Sequence record: MK327944.1
Reading direction: 5' to 3' (one strand)
Length of the DNA: 64,000 nucleotides
Origin: Escherichia phage vB_EcoM_G2540-3
Of the stretch, positions 50,184 through 64,000 are shown in pieces. The notes under the pieces are model-generated. The model had not been told where the DNA came from and did not search any database. It worked only from the letters and a program-made list of their open reading frames with translations. The first letter of the stretch is position 1. Each line of letters begins with the position of its first letter. Position numbers and translations under genes: made by a program.

Positions 50184-51180
50184 TTCAAGTGTTATCTATC
50201 GTGCGATAGTTACTTCAAAATTTAGAACAGAAAAAATGTTGAATTTTTATAATTCAATTGGAAGTGGTCCGGATAAAAACACTATCTTTATCACATTTGG
50301 AAGATCAGAACCGTGGTCATCAAATGAAAATGAGGTGGGCTTTGCCCCACCTTATCCAACCGATTCTGTATTAGGCGTAACTGACATGTGGACGCATATG
50401 ATGGGAACAGTAAAGGTTCTTCCATCAATGCTTGACGCAGTTATTCCTCGTCGAGATTGGGGAGATACTAGATATCCGGATCCATACACATTTAGAATTA
50501 ACGATATTGTAGTGTGTAACTCAGCTCCTTACAACGCTACTGAATCAGGCGCAGGCTGGTTAGTATATCGTTGTTTAGATGTTCCTGATACTGGAATGTG
50601 TTCAATTGCATCTTTAACTGATAAGGATGAATGCCTTAAATTAGGCGGAAAATGGACTCCTTCTGTTAGGTCAATGACTCCTCCTGAAGGTCGAGGAGAT
50701 GCGGAAGGAACAATCGAACCTGGAGACGGATATGTTTGGGAATATCTTTTTGAGATTCCGCCTGATGTATCTATAAATAGATGCACAAATGAATATATCG
50801 TAGTTCCTTGGCCTGAGGAATTAAAAGAAGATCCAACTAGATGGGGGTATGAAGATAATCTCACTTGGCAGCAAGATGATTTTGGATTAATTTACCGGGT
50901 TAAGGCAAATACTATCCGTTTTAAAGCATATTTAGATTCAGTTTATTTTCCTGATGCTGCATTGCCAGGAAATAAAGGATTTAGACAAATATCAATAATC
51001 ACGAATCCTCTTGAAGCTAAAGCTCATCCAAATGACCCAAACGTTAAAGCTGAAAAGGATTATTATGACCCAGAAGATTTAATGAGGCATTCGGGCGAAA
51101 TGATTTATATGGAAAATAGGCCACCTATTATCATGGCAATGGATCAGACAGAAGAAATCAATATTCTGTTTACATTTTAA
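50176..51180 (+). CDS. 8: Baseplate wedge protein gp8, 334 aa
   Basis: 334 aa, synteny. Confidence 0.85.
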   Translation: MNDSSVIYRAIVTSKFRTEKMLNFYNSIGSGPDKNTIFITFGRSEPWSSNENEVGFAPPYPTDSVLGVTDMWTHMMGTVKVLPSMLDAVIPRRDWGDTRYPDPYTFRINDIVVCNSAPYNATESGAGWLVYRCLDVPDTGMCSIASLTDKDECLKLGGKWTPSVRSMTPPEGRGDAEGTIEPGDGYVWEYLFEIPPDVSINRCTNEYIVVPWPEELKEDPTRWGYEDNLTWQQDDFGLIYRVKANTIRFKAYLDSVYFPDAALPGNKGFRQISIITNPLEAKAHPNDPNVKAEKDYYDPEDLMRHSGEMIYMENRPPIIMAMDQTEEINILFTF

Positions 51181-51185
51181 ATTAA

Positions 51186-51212
51186 GGGAGCCCATGGGCT
51201 CCCTTTTTCTTT
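51186..51212 (+). terminator. Rho-independent terminator after gene 8
   Basis: Perfect palindrome GGGAGCCCATGGGCTCCC followed by TTTTTCTTT. Confidence 0.6.
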
Positions 51213-51219
51213 ATAAATA
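51212..51219 (+). promoter_or_regulatory. Late promoter TATAAATA for gene 9
   Basis: Exact TATAAATA about 25 nt upstream of gene 9 ATG. Confidence 0.55.
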
Positions 51220-51243
51220 CTATAAACTCATAAGGAAACCGCT

Positions 51244-52110
51244 ATGTTCATTCAAGAACCAAAGAAATTGATTGATACCGGCGAAATTGGTAACGCTTCT
51301 ACTGGTGATATCTTATTCGACGGTGGTAATAAAATTAATAGTGATTTTAACGCAATTTATAATGCGTTTGGCGATCAGCGTAAAATGGCAGTAGCAAATG
51401 GCACTGGAGCAGATGGTCAAATTATCCATGCTACTGGGTATTATCAAAAACACTCTATTACAGAGTACGCAACTCCAGTGAAAGTTGGCACTAGACATGA
51501 TATTGATACCTCTACTGTAGGTGTTAAAGTTATTATTGAAAGAGGCGAACTCGGCGATTGTGTTGAATTCATTAACTCTAATGGATCAATATCAGTTACT
51601 AATCCTTTAACGATTCAAGCTATTGATTCAATTAAAGGTGTTTCAGGTAATTTAGTAGTAACTAGCCCATATAGTAAAGTAACTTTACGCTGTATTTCAT
51701 CTGATAATTCTACATCGGTTTGGAATTATTCTATTGAAAGTATGTTTGGACAAAAGGAATCACCAGCTGAAGGTACATGGAATATTTCTACATCCGGATC
51801 AGTTGATATTCCACTATTTCATCGCACTGAATACAATATGGCTAAATTGCTAGTTACGTGCCAATCAGTAGATGGAAGAAAAATTAAAACAGCAGAAATA
51901 AATATTCTTGTGGATACTGTTAATTCAGAAGTTATTTCTTCTGAGTATGCTGTCATGAGAGTTGGAAATGAAACAGAAGAAGACGAGATTGCTAATATTG
52001 CATTTAGTATTAAAACCAACTATGTAACGGCGACTATAAGTTCTTCTACCGTTGGCATGAGAGCAGCAGTTAAAGTTATCGCTACGCAGAAAATCGGGGT
52101 GGCTCAATAA
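51244..52110 (+). CDS. 9: Baseplate protein gp9 (long tail fibre socket), 288 aa
   Basis: 288 aa, synteny. Confidence 0.85.
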   Translation: MFIQEPKKLIDTGEIGNASTGDILFDGGNKINSDFNAIYNAFGDQRKMAVANGTGADGQIIHATGYYQKHSITEYATPVKVGTRHDIDTSTVGVKVIIERGELGDCVEFINSNGSISVTNPLTIQAIDSIKGVSGNLVVTSPYSKVTLRCISSDNSTSVWNYSIESMFGQKESPAEGTWNISTSGSVDIPLFHRTEYNMAKLLVTCQSVDGRKIKTAEINILVDTVNSEVISSEYAVMRVGNETEEDEIANIAFSIKTNYVTATISSSTVGMRAAVKVIATQKIGVAQ

Positions 52111-53915
52111 TGAAACAAAATATTAATATCGGTAATGTTGTTGATGATGGTACCGGTGACTACCTGCGTAAAGGTGGTATAAAAATAAATGAAAACTTTG
52201 ATGAACTTTATTATGAACTTGGCGATGGAGATGTTCCATATTCAGCCGGTGCCTGGAAAACTTATAATGCTTCATCCGGTCAAACATTAAAAGCTAAGTG
52301 GGGAAAATCATACGCTATTAATACCTCTTCTGGAAGAGTAACTTTACAACTTCCTAAAGGAACTGTTAATGATTATAATAAAGTAATTAGAGCTAGGGAT
52401 GTATTTGCAACATGGAACATTAATCCAGTTACTTTAGTAGCTGCTTCTGGGGATACAATTAAAGGGTCGTCATCGTCAGTTGAAATTAATATTCAATTTA
52501 GTGATTTAGAGCTCGTTTATTGCGCTCCAGGACGTTGGGAATATGTCAAAAACAAACAAATTGACAAAATTATTAGTTCAGATATTAGTAATGTAGCACG
52601 TAAAGAATTTTTAGTCGAAGTTCAAGGACAAACAGACTTTTTAGATGTTTTCCGCGGAACTAGCTATAATGTTAATAACATCCGAGTAAAACACCGTGGT
52701 AATGAATTATATTACGGCGATGTATTTAGTGAAAACAGTGACTTTGGCTCTCCCGGAGAAAATGAAGGAGAATTGATTCCTCTTGATGGATTTAATATTA
52801 GGTTAAGACAGCCTTGTAATATTGGTGACACTGTTCAAATTGAAACATTTATGGATGGTGTATCACAATGGAGAAGTTCATATACAAGACGCCAAATAAA
52901 AGTACTGGATTCAAAACTAACGTCAAAAACGTCTTTAGAAGGAAGTATTTACGTTACTGATTTATCAACAATGAAATCAATTCCATTTTCTGCATTTGGA
53001 TTAATTCCTGGAGAACCTATTAATCCTAATTCTCTTGAAGTTCGTTTTAATGGAATTTTACAACAACAAGCTGGAACAGCAGGATATCCTCTGTTTTTGT
53101 GTGAAGGTGCTAACTCAGATACGCAAGCAGGATGTATATCTCTTGGTGGTGAATGGAAAGAATCGAACACAGATTATTCTATAGAATATGAAGATGGAAA
53201 ACCTGTCAGTCTTTTATTTGATAGAAAATTTGAATCAGGTGATATAATCGTTATAACATGGTTTAATAATGATTTAGGAACTCTTTTAGAAAAAGATGAC
53301 ATTATTGAATTAACTGATGACCGTTATGTTAGTAAAGGATCATCTACTGAAGTTACTGGGGATGTAGCCTTAACAGATTTTGATAAAATCGGTTGGCCAA
53401 ATGTTGAAAAAGTTGATTCTTATACTAGAACGTATAATTCAATATCATCTATTTTCGACAGCATTTATCCTGTTGGTTCAATTTATGAAAATGCTATAAA
53501 CCCAAATAATCCGGTGACTTATATGGGATTTGGTTCATGGAAATTATTTGGTAAAGGACAAGTTTTAGTAGGATGGAATGATGATGTTACGGATCCAAAC
53601 TTTGCTTTAAACAATAATGATTTAGATTCTAGCGGAAATCCTTCACATACTGCCGGTGGAACAGTTGGTACAACATCAGTAACGCTTGAAAACGCAAATC
53701 TTCCTGCGACTAAAACTGATGAAAGAGTTTTAATTGAAGACGAAAATGGATCAGTTATTATTGGAGGATGTCAATATGACCCAGACGAAACTGGTCCTAT
53801 ATATACAAAATATCGTGAAGACTACGCAACAACAAACTCTTCACATACTCCTCCTACTAATATTAGTAATATTCAACCGTCTATTACTGTATACCGTTGG
53901 ATAAGGATTGCATAA
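52110..53915 (+). CDS. 10: Baseplate wedge/short tail fibre attachment gp10, 601 aa
   Basis: 601 aa (T4 about 602), synteny. Confidence 0.85.
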   Translation: MKQNINIGNVVDDGTGDYLRKGGIKINENFDELYYELGDGDVPYSAGAWKTYNASSGQTLKAKWGKSYAINTSSGRVTLQLPKGTVNDYNKVIRARDVFATWNINPVTLVAASGDTIKGSSSSVEINIQFSDLELVYCAPGRWEYVKNKQIDKIISSDISNVARKEFLVEVQGQTDFLDVFRGTSYNVNNIRVKHRGNELYYGDVFSENSDFGSPGENEGELIPLDGFNIRLRQPCNIGDTVQIETFMDGVSQWRSSYTRRQIKVLDSKLTSKTSLEGSIYVTDLSTMKSIPFSAFGLIPGEPINPNSLEVRFNGILQQQAGTAGYPLFLCEGANSDTQAGCISLGGEWKESNTDYSIEYEDGKPVSLLFDRKFESGDIIVITWFNNDLGTLLEKDDIIELTDDRYVSKGSSTEVTGDVALTDFDKIGWPNVEKVDSYTRTYNSISSIFDSIYPVGSIYENAINPNNPVTYMGFGSWKLFGKGQVLVGWNDDVTDPNFALNNNDLDSSGNPSHTAGGTVGTTSVTLENANLPATKTDERVLIEDENGSVIIGGCQYDPDETGPIYTKYREDYATTNSSHTPPTNISNIQPSITVYRWIRIA

Positions 53916-54574
53916 TGAGTTTACTTAATAATAAAGCGGGAGTTATTTCCCGCTTAGCAGATTTTCTTGGTTTTAGAACTAAGAAAAATGATATTTCGGT
54001 TATGAATAATCAGCCAGTAGGCGCTGTAACAATTTCACAAATATCAAAAGGTTTTTATGATTCAAATGTAGAATCTGCTATCAATGACGTTAGAAATATG
54101 GCAGAGCAACCAGTTGGAGCTGTATTAGTTAATATAAGCGGCGTATCTCCTACTGGCGTGCAACAGACCGACTATTGGTCATTTGAAGGAACTGTTACTG
54201 ATACTTCAGTCAAATCAGGTGACCCAGTTATTGTTAACATGTTTGGTATTCCAGTTAAAGCTACTAATGGAATGACTTCAATTGAATTTACTAGTGCCGT
54301 TAGAATAGCTCTACAGGAAATGGTTGTAAAATTTATTGCAATTGATTCATTTGAAGACCATCCTACCATAGGAAATAAAATACAAGTTAAGTATTTAGAT
54401 AACCAAGAACATATCTTAGAACAATACTCTGATAAAGGAATTACTTTCAAACAGGAAATAATTTCTCCTTCTAAACCTGGGTATGGAACTTGGCAATTAT
54501 TAGGTGCGCAAACTGTTACGCTAGATAGTCACACACAACCTACAGTATTTTATTATTTTGAGAGAGTAGCATGA
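53915..54574 (+). CDS. 11: Baseplate wedge protein gp11, 219 aa (start at [14 protein letters not shown] overlap with gp10)
   Basis: 219 aa from internal start, synteny. Confidence 0.8.
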   Translation: MSLLNNKAGVISRLADFLGFRTKKNDISVMNNQPVGAVTISQISKGFYDSNVESAINDVRNMAEQPVGAVLVNISGVSPTGVQQTDYWSFEGTVTDTSVKSGDPVIVNMFGIPVKATNGMTSIEFTSAVRIALQEMVVKFIAIDSFEDHPTIGNKIQVKYLDNQEHILEQYSDKGITFKQEIISPSKPGYGTWQLLGAQTVTLDSHTQPTVFYYFERVA

Positions 54575-56121
54575 GTAACAATACATATCAGCACGTATCA
54601 AATGAATCAAAATATGTTAAATTCGATCCTACTGGATCGAATTTTCCTGGCACTGTTACGACAGTACAGTCTGCATTATCAAAAATAAGTAATATCGGCG
54701 TAAATGGTATTCCTGATGCAACTATGGAAGTTAAAGGAATAGCAATGATTGCGTCAGAACAAGAGGTTTTAGATGGAACTAATAATTCTAAAATCGTTAC
54801 ACCAGCTACATTAGCAACAAGATTATTATATCCAAATGCTACTGAAACTAAATATGGTTTAACGCGTTATTCAACAAATGAAGAAACATTAAAAGGCTCA
54901 GATAATAATTCATCAATAACACCACAAAAACTGAAATACCACACTGACGATGTGTTCCAAAATAGATATTCGTCTGAGTCATCAAACGGGGTTATTAAAA
55001 TATCATCTACACCTGCAGCTTTAGCTGGAGTTGATGATACTACGGCGATGACTCCATTAAAAACGCAAAAACTTGCAATAAAATTAATTTCACAAATAGC
55101 TCCTTCCGAAGATACTGCATCAGAATCTGTGAGAGGTGTAGTTCAATTATCTACTGTTGCGCAAACTCGTCAAGGAACTCTCCGCGAAGGATATGCAATT
55201 TCTCCGTATACCTTTATGAATTCTGTTGCAACACAAGAATATAAGGGTGTTATACGTTTAGGAACACAATCGGAAATTAACAGTAATTTAGGAGATGTTG
55301 CAGTAACAGGTGAAACACTAAATGGTCGAGGAGCTACTGGTTCTATGCGTGGGGTGGTAAAATTAACGACGCAAGCCGGTATTGCCCCTGAAGGTGATAG
55401 CTCTGGTGCATTAGCATGGAACGCAGATGTAATTAATACTCGTGGTGGACAAACTATTAATGGTTCTTTAAATTTAGACCATCTTACAGCAAATGGAATT
55501 TGGTCACGCGGTGGAATGTGGAAAAATGGCGATCAACCTGTTGCCACTGAAAGATATGCGTCCGAACGAGTTCCGGTTGGAACTATTATGATGTTTGCGG
55601 GTGATTCAGCACCTCCAGGTTGGATTATGTGTCATGGTGGAACCGTGTCAGGTGACCAATTTCCTGATTATAGAAACGTAGTTGGAACAAGATTTGGTGG
55701 CGATTGGAATAATCCTGGCGTTCCTGATATGCGAGGTCTTTTCGTCAGAGGAGCCGGCACAGGCGGTCATATTTTAAATCAACGAGGACAAGATGGTTAT
55801 GGAAAGGATAGACTTGGCGTAGGATGTGACGGAATGCATGTTGGTGGTGTTCAAGCACAACAAATGTCATACCATAAACACGCCGGTGGTTGGGGGGAAT
55901 ATAACAGAAGTGAAGGCCCATTTGGCGCGTCTGTTTATCAAGGATATCTTGGAACTAGAAAATATTCCGACTGGGATAATGCTTCATACTTCACTAATGA
56001 TGGATTTGAATTAGGCGGACCGAGAGATGCCCTTGGTACACTTAATCGTGAAGGATTAATTGGTTATGAAACTAGACCATGGAATATATCATTAAACTAT
56101 ATTATTAAAGTTCATTACTAA
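54571..56121 (+). CDS. 12: Short tail fibre protein gp12, 516 aa
   Basis: Synteny; 516 aa versus about 527 in T4 as I recall. Confidence 0.8.
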   Translation: MSNNTYQHVSNESKYVKFDPTGSNFPGTVTTVQSALSKISNIGVNGIPDATMEVKGIAMIASEQEVLDGTNNSKIVTPATLATRLLYPNATETKYGLTRYSTNEETLKGSDNNSSITPQKLKYHTDDVFQNRYSSESSNGVIKISSTPAALAGVDDTTAMTPLKTQKLAIKLISQIAPSEDTASESVRGVVQLSTVAQTRQGTLREGYAISPYTFMNSVATQEYKGVIRLGTQSEINSNLGDVAVTGETLNGRGATGSMRGVVKLTTQAGIAPEGDSSGALAWNADVINTRGGQTINGSLNLDHLTANGIWSRGGMWKNGDQPVATERYASERVPVGTIMMFAGDSAPPGWIMCHGGTVSGDQFPDYRNVVGTRFGGDWNNPGVPDMRGLFVRGAGTGGHILNQRGQDGYGKDRLGVGCDGMHVGGVQAQQMSYHKHAGGWGEYNRSEGPFGASVYQGYLGTRKYSDWDNASYFTNDGFELGGPRDALGTLNREGLIGYETRPWNISLNYIIKVHY

Positions 56122-57588
<1,467 letters not shown>

Positions 57589-57619
57589 CATGGGGCCGCA
57601 AGGCCCCAAAGGATTTTAA

Positions 57620-60130
<2,511 letters not shown>

Positions 60131-60171
60131 TAAATATTATAAACTAATTAAAGCCCAGATTAGGAGAAATC

Positions 60172-63312
<3,141 letters not shown>

Positions 63313-63340
63313 TATTAAAGCATATTAAAGAGGATTAAAA

Positions 63341-64000
63341 ATGACTTTATTATCTCCGGGCATTGAGCTCAAAGAAACTACGGTTCAAAGCACCGTGGTT
63401 AATAACTCTACTGGTACAGCAGCTTTGGCCGGTAAATTCCAGTGGGGTCCTGCTTTTCAGATCAAACAGGTTACAAATGAAGTAGATTTAGTTAATACTT
63501 TTGGTCAACCTACAGCTGAAACTGCTGACTATTTTATGTCTGCAATGAATTTCTTACAATATGGAAATGATTTGCGAGTTGTGCGTGCTGTCGATAGAGA
63601 TACCGCTAAAAACTCATCTCCGATTGCTGGTAATATTGAATACACTATTTCTACCCCAGGTAGTAACTACGCGGTTGGAGATAAAATCACAGTTAAGTAT
63701 GTTTCAGAAGACATTGAAACGGAAGGTAAAATTACCGAAGTAGATGCTGATGGAAAAATTAAGAAAATTAATATTCCTACCGCAAAAATTATCGCTAAAG
63801 CGAAAGAAGTCGGTGAATATCCAGCATTAGGTTCTAACTGGACCGCGGAAATTTCTTCGTCTTCCTCTGGTTTAGCTGCAGTAATAACTCTTGGAAAAAT
63901 TATTACTGATTCTGGTATTTTATTAGCTGAAATTGAAAATGCCGAAGCTGCTATGACAGCGGTTGAATTTCAAACAAATCTCGAAAAATATGGAATTCCA
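63341..64000 (+). CDS. 18: Tail sheath protein gp18, N-terminal 220 codons (runs off window end)
   Basis: ATG at 63341 with SD AAAGAGGA; open frame to window end beginning MTLLSPGIELKETTVQSTVVNNSTGTAALAGKFQWGPAF; not on ORF track because no stop in window. Confidence 0.85.
   Translation, partial: MTLLSPGIELKETTVQSTVVNNSTGTAALAGKFQWGPAFQIKQVTNEVDLVNTFGQPTAETADYFMSAMNFLQYGNDLRVVRAVDRDTAKNSSPIAGNIEYTISTPGSNYAVGDKITVKYVSEDIETEGKITEVDADGKIKKINIPTAKIIAKAKEVGEYPALGSNWTAEISSSSSGLAAVITLGKIITDSGILLAEIENAEAAMTAVEFQTNLEKYGIP

Overview
This 64 kb window reads as a contiguous segment of a T4-like (T-even, Tequatrovirus-type) myophage genome, closely related to but not identical to T4 (the lysozyme e product differs from my recalled T4 sequence at a few residues; denV is recognisably the same protein). 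All identifications are from reading the translations and motifs by eye; no database search was run, and T4 gene sizes and order are quoted from memory. Positions 1-41925 are an early/middle region transcribed on the minus strand: gene 45 start, rpbA, 46/47 recombination nuclease, a-gt, 55, nrdH/nrdG/nrdD, 49, pin, nrdC, a block of unknown ORFs, a mobD-like gene, rI, tk, regB, denV, e, nudE, a cluster of 8 tRNAs with segB, internal-protein-like genes, 57B(acb1)/57A, and genes 1, 3, 2, 4. Positions 41973-64000 are the plus-strand late baseplate/neck/packaging operon: 53, 5, 5.1, 5.4, 6-12, wac, 13, an HNH gene, 14-17 and the start of 18. I did not find a wholly new multi-gene system. The most notable features are what appear to be homing-endonuclease insertions relative to T4 (HNH genes at 46/47, nrdD/nrdG and 13/14; a GIY-YIG gene at 47/a-gt), with sequence duplications at two of the junctions. 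Also notable are two internal-protein-like genes with capsid-targeting leaders while the denV-e interval is empty, an anti-defence-type gene set (acb1, macro domain, possible acb2), and an uncharacterised nucleotidyltransferase-fold gene next to a P-loop NTPase gene. Conserved early promoter cassettes, TATAAATA late promoters and UUCG-tetraloop terminator hairpins are visible throughout.
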